A stretch of 64,000 nucleotides of DNA from Patescibacteria group bacterium (GTDB lineage: Bacteria; Patescibacteriota; Microgenomatia; UBA12405): positions 369 to 64,368 of the forward strand of contig JBMNON010000005.1 of the NCBI GenBank assembly GCA_050943115.1, read 5' to 3'. Shown piece after piece: positions 9,562 through 18,210 of the stretch (position 1 is its first letter; each line of letters begins with the position of its first letter). A program made the position numbers and the translations under genes. The notes below the pieces were generated by a model. That model saw only the letters and a program-made list of their open reading frames with translations, did not search any database and was not told where the DNA came from.

Positions 9562-10751
9562 ATGGTTAAAAGGATAGTAGCGAAATTATTGTTATTTGTA
9601 ATAATTGGCGGGGTTTTTGTGTCTCCAGTATATGCGACAGCAGAAGACAAATGGATAAATTTTTATTATGGTGTTGGCTGTCCCCATTGTGCCAAGGAAA
9701 AAGAATTTTTGGGTGAGATTGAAGAATACTATGATGGGAAGTTGAAAATTAACGAGTACGAAATTTACGAAAACCAGGTTAATGCAGAAAAATTCAATGA
9801 AGATATTGATCGTTTTGGAATTGAATTGGCCGGGGTACCTTTGTTGGTTATGGGCGATAGTTACGTAATTGGTTTTGGCAATAAAGCAACGACAGGTAGG
9901 CAGATTGTGCAAGAACTGGACGAATATTATGAGATAAAAACGAATATCCCGGAAGTTATATTCAACGGAGAAATAGAAAGTGATGGGGTCGAAGCGAATA
10001 AAAAGGGCTTATTTTTAAAAGTCTTTGGCATTAATATTGATTTAAAGACCGTTTCCCTTCCTGCAGCAACAATCTTGATTGCTTTTGTGGATGGATTTAA
10101 CCCGTGTGCAATGTGGATTTTGATTTTCCTGATAACGATGTTGATTAATATGAGGGACAAGAAAAGGCTGTATATTCTGGGATCAACTTTTATCCTGGTT
10201 TCGGGAATAATGTATTTTTTATTTTTAGCGGCTTGGTTTAATTTATTCAAACTTGTAGGTTATATTTATTGGATAAAAGCTGCGGTAGGAATAGTGGCAA
10301 TAATTTGCGGCTTGATCCATCTTAAAAACGGCTTGCTGTCAGGAGGCGGATGCAAGGTAACCAACCAAGAGCAGAGGGTCGGTATCATGAACAGGATTAA
10401 AAAATATTGGGAGAAAAGTCATTTGTCCTGGCAATGACAGGAATTGTAACCTTAGCAATATCAGTTAACTTAATTGAGTTGGTTTGTTCGGCAGGACTGC
10501 CAGCAATTTACACAAATTTAATTTCATCGATTAATTTGGCGACGGGAAAATATTATTTTTACTTAATACTCTATACTTTGATCTTTATGCTTGATGATTT
10601 ACTAATATTTTTTATTGCTGTCAAGACTTTTGAAGTGAGCGGGATTAGTAGTAAATATTCACGTATTTCCGGGATTGTTGGGGGGTTTTTGATCTTTATA
10701 ATAGGGATAATACTTATTACTAAGCCGGAATTGTTGATGTTTAATTACTAA
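9562..10751 (+). CDS. glutaredoxin-like domain fused to a CcdA/DsbD-like membrane domain; split by a frameshift
   Basis: GCPHC...GVP; DGFNPCA and ELVCSAG half motifs fall in two ORFs (9562-10437, 10407-10751) that join if one A is added to A6 at 10399-10404. Confidence 0.8.
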
Positions 10752-10804
10752 CGAGATATTATTTAATTAGAGAATATATATTCATTAAATTTTAAAGGAG
10801 TTAT

Positions 10805-10945
10805 ATGCCAAATAGAGACAAAACTGGTCCACAAGGTAAAGGTGCTGGGACAGGTAAAGGTTTGGGTGGTTGTGTTAAGAGTGGGCCGTCTGACAAGAAT
10901 GGCCAAGGAGTAGGAAGAGGCCGAGGGGTTGGCAGAAGAAGATAG
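10805..10945 (+). CDS. small Gly/Arg-rich protein (DUF5320-like), 46 aa
   Basis: MPNRDKTGPQGKGAGTGKGLGGC...GRGRGVGRRR; SD AAAGGAG at 10794-10800; below the ORF-track cutoff. Confidence 0.8.
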   Translation: MPNRDKTGPQGKGAGTGKGLGGCVKSGPSDKNGQGVGRGRGVGRRR

Positions 10946-11028
10946 TTTTTGATTAGGATGAGTAAAAATTAGTACGAGTGTGGGTCGGCAAGGTGTGAGA
11001 AGGGATAAGTTGGGCTATAATTCTGTTG

Positions 11029-11439
11029 ATGGAAGTTTTTGGTTTAATTGCACCTTGTGGGATGAATTGCGGAACTTGTTTGGCGTATTTACGGAAAAAG
11101 AACAGATGTTTGGGGTGCCGGGAAAATCAGCCGAATGCGCGGATGCGCCATCTGGGAGCGTGTGTAATCCGGAATTGTGAGGAGCTTAAAAGCAAAGAGA
11201 AGGAATTTTGTGGAAGCTGGTGTGGAAGATTCCCCTGCCGTAGGCTGAAGGCATTGAATAAAAGGTATGAAATTAAATACGGAGTAAGCTTTTTGGAAAA
11301 TTTGCAAAAAATTGAGGAGGTTGGAATGAAAAGGTTTATGATTCTGGAAGAAAAGAAGTGGAGGTGTCAAAATTGTGGCGATATGATTTGCGTACATAAA
11401 GGCAAGTGCCTTATTTGTGAGATAATGAATCATAAATGA
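11029..11439 (+). CDS. DUF3795-family Cys-rich protein
   Basis: IAPCGMNCGTC...CLGC...C.IRNC...FCG..C..FPC, C-terminal CxxC pairs. Confidence 0.85.
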   Translation: MEVFGLIAPCGMNCGTCLAYLRKKNRCLGCRENQPNARMRHLGACVIRNCEELKSKEKEFCGSWCGRFPCRRLKALNKRYEIKYGVSFLENLQKIEEVGMKRFMILEEKKWRCQNCGDMICVHKGKCLICEIMNHK

Positions 11440-11873
11440 AAGCCCTGGTAATTTATGATTCTAATTACGGCAATACCGAGAAAATTGCTAAAGTGATAGC
11501 AAAAGAGTTGGGGAATGGAGCATGTGCCAAGAGAGTGAGCGATAATGGTGGTATCGAAGCAGAAAAACCAGATTTGGTGGTGGTGGGAAGTCCGATATTG
11601 GGCTGGAGACCTTCGCATAAGATAGAGAAATTCCTGAACAATCTTAAAGATGATAGCCTGCTAGGAGTGAAGGTGGCGGCTTTTGATACTAGAGTCAAAG
11701 CTTGGTACTCGGGGGATGCAGCCAAAAAAATTGGAAAATGCTTAGAAAGGGCCGGTGGTGAAATGGTGATAGAGCCTGAATTTTTTATCGTAAAAGGGAA
11801 AGAGGGGCCTTTGGCGGACGGAGAAGAAGAGAGAGCGAAAAATTGGACTGAGGCGATCAAATTAAAATTGTAA
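11436..11873 (+). CDS. flavodoxin
   Basis: IYDSNYGNTEKIA, VGSP, AAFDTR. Confidence 0.92.
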   Translation: MKALVIYDSNYGNTEKIAKVIAKELGNGACAKRVSDNGGIEAEKPDLVVVGSPILGWRPSHKIEKFLNNLKDDSLLGVKVAAFDTRVKAWYSGDAAKKIGKCLERAGGEMVIEPEFFIVKGKEGPLADGEEERAKNWTEAIKLKL

Positions 11874-11949
11874 GAAATGATAATCGAAATGCTCGGATGT
11901 TAAGGTTGTTAGTTCATGTTTTGAGATAAATATTTGTTATAATTTATTA

Positions 11950-12088
11950 ACGAAATCCAACAAAAAGCTGCTGGATTGAGTTACTGCACTTTGATAAGCG
12001 GCAAGAATGTCGTACCCAAATTAACGGTTTCAAATTTTGAGAACGGCAGTTTGGGTACGTACTTTAAAGTAAAGAAAGTGAGAAGGCC
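11950..12088 (+). promoter_or_regulatory. long structured 5' leader of spoVS
   Basis: TGTTATAAT at about 11935-11943; stems AATCCA/TGGATT (11954-11977) and CGTACCCAAA/TTTGGGTACG (12011-12059). Confidence 0.55.
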
Positions 12089-12367
12089 ATGCTTCAGGAC
12101 AACACCAAGACATTTAGGGTGGCCGGGAAATCAAAAGCTACTGAAGTAGCAGGTGCCATTGCATGGAGAGTGCGAGAGGTGGGAAAGGCAAAGCTCCTAG
12201 CGGTGGGACCGGCAGCAGTCAACCAAGCCACAAAAGCAGTGGCCATCGCCAGAACGTACCTAGCATTGGAGGGTGTCGAATTAGTTATGGTTCCCGAATT
12301 CGTAGATGTAGATTTTGGAGATAAGAAGGCGACGGGTCTGGAAATCATAGTTGAAAAACGACAATGA
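12089..12367 (+). CDS. spoVS: stage V sporulation protein S family (Alba-like fold)
   Basis: VAGAIA...LAVGPAAVNQATKAVAIAR...VPEF. Confidence 0.93.
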   Translation: MLQDNTKTFRVAGKSKATEVAGAIAWRVREVGKAKLLAVGPAAVNQATKAVAIARTYLALEGVELVMVPEFVDVDFGDKKATGLEIIVEKRQ

Positions 12368-12376
12368 AAGGTTGGA

Positions 12377-12426
12377 GGGGCAGCCCGAATGCCAGCCGTT
12401 TCAAGGCTGCCCCCACCTCACTTTTT
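12377..12426 (+). terminator. GC-rich hairpin after spoVS, possible terminator
   Basis: GGGGCAGCC (12377-85) / GGCTGCCCC (12405-13); 19-nt loop is large; T run at 12422-26. Confidence 0.5.
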
Positions 12427-12491
12427 AAATTTTCATCTTGCCGCATTTTCTATTATTTGAAGGATCTTTGGGGTAGGATTATAATTGTGAT

Positions 12492-13012
12492 ATGAAGAAC
12501 ATATTTATCGGGATAGTTTTGATAGGAATACTAATTTTAACCGGAGTGGTGGCTTACCAAATGGCAACAAAACCAAAAGAGATAAGTGTGGCCGGTGAGA
12601 TTACCCCAACAGTAGCAGAAGATGAGCTAGTCGGTGCAGACCGAGATGAACACGGTTGTATCGGATCGGCCGGATACACTTGGTGTGAAGCAAAGCAAAA
12701 ATGTCTGCGTATATGGGAAGAGGAATGTGGCGACAGCGAAGAAGATAAGGCGCAAATAGCCCAGGCACTAGCCAAAAAACATAGTAAAAATATTGAGGAG
12801 GTAACGGTTACATTTCGCGAAAAAAATGAGGACTATGCTTTTGGGAGCGTAAATTTTTACCTGACGAGGTGGCGGGCAATGCAGGTATGTTTTTGGCGGC
12901 AAAGGTCGAGGGAGAATGGGTAGTACCCTTTGACGGGAATGGGCTTCCTGAGTGCAGCAAAATAGATCCTTATGGTTTTCCGGAAAGTATCTACGATGGA
13001 GCTTGTTACTAA
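12492..13012 (+). CDS. membrane-anchored Cys-containing hypothetical protein; frameshifted
   Basis: N-terminal TM, GADRDEHGCIGSAGYTWC...C motif; adding one T to T5 at 12854-58 extends it as LPDEVAGNAGMFLAAKVEGEWVVPFDGNG...GACY* (stop 13010-12). Confidence 0.7.
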
Positions 13013-13019
13013 TTAAAGC

Positions 13020-14351
13020 CTAAGAATACAAAAACTTTAAGGACTTTTTCAGTGATGATTGAATTTCTTCAGGATTGGTAATTTGACCCATTAGTCGTTT
13101 GGCGGCAGCTTGTTTTGGAACTGAAGAGGACTGACTTATGAAATGAGAATAGTCCAGGTAGATTTTGGCAGTTTTGTAAAATTTTTTTATTGAAGTTATT
13201 TGCCGGGAAACGAGGGAGCCGGAAGAACAGGGGTGGTTGCAATTAATGATATGCTCAAAAAATATCCGAAGAGCATATTCAATACTATGTGGGCCGAGGC
13301 GGTTGCCTGATTCAAGATAATAAAATTTTTGGCGGCCGTCAGGAAGACGGATAGAATAAAATTCGGGAGTAATCCGAGATAATGACGGAATGGGAGACAG
13401 ATGGTCTTTTGCCGCTTGAAGAAGAAAATTTTGGGCACCGCCGACGATAATAGATAGATCAAGAGCGCTACTTAATAAATCCGGCTGGCCACGTAGATCT
13501 TCATCTTGGATTAAAAGGGTTTCATCATTTGGGCTGTCCCCGGCTGCGATGACAATGGATAAATTTAACAAGCGCCTTAGATCATATAATGCCTGATGTT
13601 TATCAAGAGGCAGAATATCCAGCCAGTATTTTTGAGGAGTGGCGTGAGGATGCAGGCTTTGATAATTTATTTCCAAACCGGTAGAGACGAGAAGATTGGG
13701 AAAAAGGGATCGGATTTTGTCGCGCAGGATGAGAGAGTCTTTTGGGTTGCGGGCAAAAAAATAGGCGCTAACCTTAAAAGGTTCAGAGGGAGAGTTTTGG
13801 CCCAACAAAAACTTTGACTCGCCGGATGGATCCTGAAAATGAAACTGGTATTTTTGGAAAAATGACTGCGACGACAGAATCTGAAGGTGTTTTACGATTG
13901 CATGACGATTGAAGCCTAAACTAACTAAATGGTTTTTGTATAAATTGTCCGGTTTATACTTTTTTTTGCCCGACATATCCTGATGCAAGATAAATCTTGA
14001 GGTGCCAACATCAGAATAAACGGCGGAGGCGTAGGGTAAGTCCCCTGACTGAATCCTTTCCCATACTGACAAAAATACAGGATTATAAACTGATCTGTCC
14101 AGCAAGAAAGGAAGGCCGGTGGAGAATATTAAGGGTATGTGTGACGAATACAGGGAGGCAGCCAAATAACGGGAAATAGGTTCCAGACTACCGTCTTGCA
14201 TTCGGAAGGTGTTATCGATATCTAGAATAAGAGCGACGCGGGGGATTGACATTGTATCCTGATACCGGAGCTGACTTTCCAAGATAGAACCAGGGAGAAG
14301 AGGGTGAATATTTTTGTTTTTTATCGTGAGCTTGCCATTTCCTAGTGCCAT
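13020..14351 (-). CDS. HAD IIB hydrolase, sucrose-phosphatase-like
   Basis: LILDIDNT, FSTG, SDVGT, LDILPLDK, AAGDSPNDE. Confidence 0.7.
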   Translation of the reverse strand: MALGNGKLTIKNKNIHPLLPGSILESQLRYQDTMSIPRVALILDIDNTFRMQDGSLEPISRYLAASLYSSHIPLIFSTGLPFLLDRSVYNPVFLSVWERIQSGDLPYASAVYSDVGTSRFILHQDMSGKKKYKPDNLYKNHLVSLGFNRHAIVKHLQILSSQSFFQKYQFHFQDPSGESKFLLGQNSPSEPFKVSAYFFARNPKDSLILRDKIRSLFPNLLVSTGLEINYQSLHPHATPQKYWLDILPLDKHQALYDLRRLLNLSIVIAAGDSPNDETLLIQDEDLRGQPDLLSSALDLSIIVGGAQNFLLQAAKDHLSPIPSLSRITPEFYSIRLPDGRQKFYYLESGNRLGPHSIEYALRIFFEHIINCNHPCSSGSLVSRQITSIKKFYKTAKIYLDYSHFISQSSSVPKQAAAKRLMGQITNPEEIQSSLKKSLKFLYS

Positions 14352-14426
14352 CGGGTTATTACTAAATTATATTAATAAAGTTTGCTGGTTTTGGAGAAAA
14401 GAGGTAAGGGGTGGGTAAGAAATATA

Positions 14427-14476
14427 TTTATAAATTTCTTACAGAATCCATGTCTTTTTATTACAAAATTATTACA
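14427..14476 (+). promoter_or_regulatory. 11-bp-phased TTACA direct repeats (response-regulator-type box)
   Basis: TTACA at 14439, 14461 and 14472; TTTATAAATTTCTTAC at 14427-42 resembles the motifs at 29228 and 31412. Confidence 0.5.
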
Positions 14477-14608
14477 ATATATTTTGGATAATTAAGCAGA
14501 GCGCTTAGTATTCACAAGACTCGGCAGAAAGAGTCTTTTGGTGAAAGGTAAAGTGTCGGAGGTAATTTTTATTTTATTTTGAGGGAAATTTATAATTAAG
14601 AAGAGAAA

Positions 14609-15757
14609 ATGACACTAGAAAAGGTATATAACTCGTCGCTGAAGTTTTTGTACCCATTGAGCTTAAGACGGACTTTTGAGATTGTGGTTTCGGAAGCAAT
14701 GGGATTGGTGGGAGCTAAATACGGATCCCTGTTTATGGAATCGGAGGGTAAGCTGAAAAGAATGTATGCTTCAGATCCGATATTATTCGAGGTTAAGACA
14801 AGGAAAAAGGGAGTGACCTATAAAGCTTATAAGAGCGAGAAGGTAGTAATACTAAAAAACAGCGAATTAATGAAAATACATCCGGAGTTTAAAGATATCA
14901 GAGCAGGGATGGATGTGAGCATTCCCTTAAGTTATAACAAGATAACACTGGGGGTGTTATCGGTAATTTCAGAGAAAGGCATAGAATTTACCAAAGAAGA
15001 TATCAGAAGCCTTAGATTGTTTTCGCCGTTGGCTATGCTGGCCTTGAGAAAAGCGATACTTTACAGTGAAATACACCGAGCTTTGGAAGAGAGAGATCTG
15101 TTTGTCTCGATTGCTTCACATGAACTGAAAACACCACTAACTTCGATTTTCGCTTATAGCCAAATGATGGCCAAAAAAGTAAAGAGCGGGGTAATGCCGT
15201 CTGTGGAGAACATGGACAGGCTGCTTTCTGAAGAAATGAGGCTAAATAAGTTAGTGTCCGATTTCCTGGAAGTGAATAATATCAGAAGAGGGAAGATCAG
15301 TCTGGACATGAAAAAAATCAGAATCTCAACAGTGTTGGAAGCTGCCATAAATAGTTTTGAAATCAGCGATGGAAAGCATCCGGTGGAACTTAAGAATAAA
15401 ATTAAAGATATCGTAGTCGAAGGCGACAGGGATAAATTAATGCAAGTATTTTTGAATATTTTGAATAATGCCGGAAAATATTCACCTAAAGGCAGTGTAA
15501 TAAAGGTTAGTGCCATCAATGAAGGCAACGAGGCGGTGGTAATAATAAAAGATAAAGGAGTGGGTATCCCCGAAAAAGACTTGCCTTTCGTGTTCGAAAG
15601 ATTTTACCGGGCTGAAAACGCCAGAAAAACGGGAACGGGACTAGGTTTATATTTAGTGCGGCATGTTGTCAGAAAACATGGCGGAAAAATAAATATTAAA
15701 TCCAAAGAAAGGCAAGGAACGACAGTAGAAGTCCGCATTCCCAAAACCAATGAATAG
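14609..15757 (+). CDS. cytoplasmic GAF-sensor histidine kinase
   Basis: GAF (IPLSY...LGVL), H-box SHELKTPLT, N-box NILNNAGKYS, DKGVGI, FERFYR, GTGLGL. Confidence 0.93.
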   Translation: MTLEKVYNSSLKFLYPLSLRRTFEIVVSEAMGLVGAKYGSLFMESEGKLKRMYASDPILFEVKTRKKGVTYKAYKSEKVVILKNSELMKIHPEFKDIRAGMDVSIPLSYNKITLGVLSVISEKGIEFTKEDIRSLRLFSPLAMLALRKAILYSEIHRALEERDLFVSIASHELKTPLTSIFAYSQMMAKKVKSGVMPSVENMDRLLSEEMRLNKLVSDFLEVNNIRRGKISLDMKKIRISTVLEAAINSFEISDGKHPVELKNKIKDIVVEGDRDKLMQVFLNILNNAGKYSPKGSVIKVSAINEGNEAVVIIKDKGVGIPEKDLPFVFERFYRAENARKTGTGLGLYLVRHVVRKHGGKINIKSKERQGTTVEVRIPKTNE

Positions 15758-17027
15758 GAGAATTGAACAGCAAGGCAGCTTTGAATATGAACCAAAGGAA
15801 AAAGGCCAAAAAAGAGTCAAATTAAATGAACTCAAAAGAAGGCAGGAAGACTTGTTTGCCGAATTTGAAGAATATAAAGAAGTATTTTTTATAAACGGCG
15901 GCTTTCCGGATTTAAAGGCGTTTTTTAGACCATTACTAAGGCGGTTTGAAAAGAGGGCGGTGGCGGCTAGCAAAGGCAAGGAAAACAACAGGCAAGCCGA
16001 GGTGATAATAGTAACCGGAATGCCGGGGGCGGGAAAAACCCGTCTGGCAGATTTGGTAAGAGAGGCCGGAGAGATCGAAAAGGAAAGACTGGATATCGTG
16101 GGCAGTATAAGAGTTGACTTCGTCCATATACCATGGGAGGAATCAGAAGACGAGCTAAGGGAAAGCGGTGTTATAGCCACAAGGGGAATGGCACCTGACT
16201 CCATAGAAGATTTGTTTAAAGTGGGTGAGCTAATGGAAGAGAAGACGGCAAAGGCAATTAGAGAGGGAGGCGCATACAGAATAGTGATGGTTGAAAAACC
16301 GGGAGGAACATTTGTAAATGTGGGAGGCGAGCAAATTATCGAGAGGCCTTATGCCCCGGATTTACTTAAACATTTACTTGAGGGAGAGGGTGTTTTTGCA
16401 GATATAAGCAGGAAAAATGTTTTTGTATCGGGGATTGGAATTGTAGGAGGCCCAAAAATGGAAATTTTGGATTACTACCGCCAGGAACTAAAAAGAATAC
16501 ATCAATACTTGACAAAAGGAGCCATTAACGAAGCAAGGGCGAGAGAGGTATTAAGAGAAGTAAACGATATTTTTGGGATACCGGTGGCAAATCAAGTAAG
16601 CAGTCTAGAAGAGCTGAGGACAATGCAGGAAGGAGGGAGTGTTGAGACAATAAATATGGCAAGAGCAGCTTCTGACAAACTGATTGATAGACTGATCGGT
16701 GGAGGAAGAATAAGTTATCCGCAATATTTTGACGTAGTACTGAGAGGCAATAATTTTACCCATGAAAACTTATTCAGCAGAATCCCTAAAAATGTTAACC
16801 AACTGATAAGACAATCAAATAAAATTGCAGAAATCCTAAGCATAACAACAGGAGATGAGAGAAAAAGATATTTTGAAAGGTTTATAAGAAACTTAATTGT
16901 TGCCCGTGTACTTTTTGAAGACATGGAGGGCGTAGACAGAAGAACAGTAGTGTTGAATAATCCGGAAAAAATTTGGGTTGCCGATGTGCCGAAGCTTCGA
17001 AATCATTTAAAGAACCGTTCGTTGTAG
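15750..17027 (+). CDS. hypothetical P-loop NTPase/kinase
   Basis: VIIVTGMPGAGKT; overlaps the kinase stop codon; remainder unrecognised. Confidence 0.65.
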   Translation: MNRRIEQQGSFEYEPKEKGQKRVKLNELKRRQEDLFAEFEEYKEVFFINGGFPDLKAFFRPLLRRFEKRAVAASKGKENNRQAEVIIVTGMPGAGKTRLADLVREAGEIEKERLDIVGSIRVDFVHIPWEESEDELRESGVIATRGMAPDSIEDLFKVGELMEEKTAKAIREGGAYRIVMVEKPGGTFVNVGGEQIIERPYAPDLLKHLLEGEGVFADISRKNVFVSGIGIVGGPKMEILDYYRQELKRIHQYLTKGAINEARAREVLREVNDIFGIPVANQVSSLEELRTMQEGGSVETINMARAASDKLIDRLIGGGRISYPQYFDVVLRGNNFTHENLFSRIPKNVNQLIRQSNKIAEILSITTGDERKRYFERFIRNLIVARVLFEDMEGVDRRTVVLNNPEKIWVADVPKLRNHLKNRSL

Positions 17028-17033
17028 GCAAGG

Positions 17034-17054
17034 GAGAGGTTAACTTACCTCTTT
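17034..17054 (+). terminator. possible terminator hairpin
   Basis: AGAGGT-TAACTT-ACCTCT followed by a short T run, just after the stop codon. Confidence 0.35.
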
Positions 17055-17117
17055 ACAGAAGACGGGGGTATGGTAAGATGTTTAATCGCTTGATTGAAGT
17101 TATTATTTTGATAAACC

Positions 17118-17279
17118 ATGTCGAATAAATTATACCTGCCAATTATTTATCTAGCTATTTTTGTGATCACCGGTGCAATTAGCAAAGGCCATATGTTGAG
17201 ACTGGACCAGATGGGACAGTTCGTGGGTTTGGGTGGCGTAGTAGTGGGCTATTTTGTTGGTAAAAGAATGAAAAAATAG
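17118..17279 (+). CDS. small membrane protein, 53 aa
   Basis: MSNKLYLPIIYLAIFVITGA...GGVVVGYFVGKRMKK; two hydrophobic segments, basic tail; fills the gap. Confidence 0.55.
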   Translation: MSNKLYLPIIYLAIFVITGAISKGHMLRLDQMGQFVGLGGVVVGYFVGKRMKK

Positions 17280-17287
17280 TCTATAAT

Positions 17288-17665
17288 TTGTTTGTGGAAG
17301 AAGAAAGGAAAGAAAAAGTAGAAAAAATAAAAGAGAAAAGGAGAAACGAGGGTGATAGTGTAGTAGGGGCGATATTTCTGATATTTTTAGGAGTAACATT
17401 TTTATTAACTAATTTGGGTTTAGTATCTTCGGAAGTATGGATAATAATTGGAAAATATTGGCCGGTTACTTTTATACTTATTGGAATGCAAATAATTGCC
17501 GGCAGAAGCCATCTGGCCAGGCTGCTTATGGGGTTACTGGCCGTGTTTGTTTTTAGTTCGATATTAATAATTGGAATTGAAGAGACCAATCCCTTATTGA
17601 TTGATGATTGGCAGCTTAAAACTCTCCCTTGGTATAACTGGTTAGATGTTATAAAAATAAGATGA
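17288..17665 (+). CDS. LiaI/LiaF-like membrane protein (DUF5668-type)
   Basis: GAIFLIFLGVTFLLTNLG...YWPVTFILIG. Confidence 0.75.
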   Translation: MFVEEERKEKVEKIKEKRRNEGDSVVGAIFLIFLGVTFLLTNLGLVSSEVWIIIGKYWPVTFILIGMQIIAGRSHLARLLMGLLAVFVFSSILIIGIEETNPLLIDDWQLKTLPWYNWLDVIKIR

Positions 17666-18174
17666 ATTTCACACCAAGATTAATTGTCGGCTTAATATTT
17701 ATTGTTTTAGGTTTAAGTTTTTTCTTAGACTTTAATGTGTTGGCCTTATTTTGGCCTTTGCTTTTAATCTTTATCGGGGTGTCAATATTGACCAGAAAAC
17801 CAATAGAACATAGTTGGGATGAGGCAGTGGTAAGTGAAGAAGATGAGCTGGATGAAACGGTTATTTTTTGGGGAGTAAACAAGAAGATAACAAGTGATAA
17901 TTTCAGAGGCGGAAAGGTAGCCGCAATATTTGGGGGAGGGAAAATTGATCTTAGCGAGGCTAATATGAAAGAAGACGAGGCAGAAATGGAAGTAGTGGCG
18001 GTATTCGGAGGTATGGAGGTGGTAGTACCTAAAGGATGGAGCGTCAGCACATCCGGGGCCGGGGTTTTCGGAGGATTCAATAACAATACAAAAGCACCCA
18101 AGGAAAAAGGCGGGGGACGAATTAAGATAGAAGGAGCCGCAGTGTTTGGCGGGGTAAATATCCGCAACGGATAA
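17662..18174 (+). CDS. LiaF-family cell-envelope stress protein
   Basis: TM with FWPLLLI; repeated AIFGG/AVFGG beta motifs, IDL, VVVPKGW. Confidence 0.85.
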   Translation: MNFTPRLIVGLIFIVLGLSFFLDFNVLALFWPLLLIFIGVSILTRKPIEHSWDEAVVSEEDELDETVIFWGVNKKITSDNFRGGKVAAIFGGGKIDLSEANMKEDEAEMEVVAVFGGMEVVVPKGWSVSTSGAGVFGGFNNNTKAPKEKGGGRIKIEGAAVFGGVNIRNG

Positions 18175-18210
18175 GTTTAATTTTGGGTTAGTTTCGGGTA
18201 TGATGAGAAA

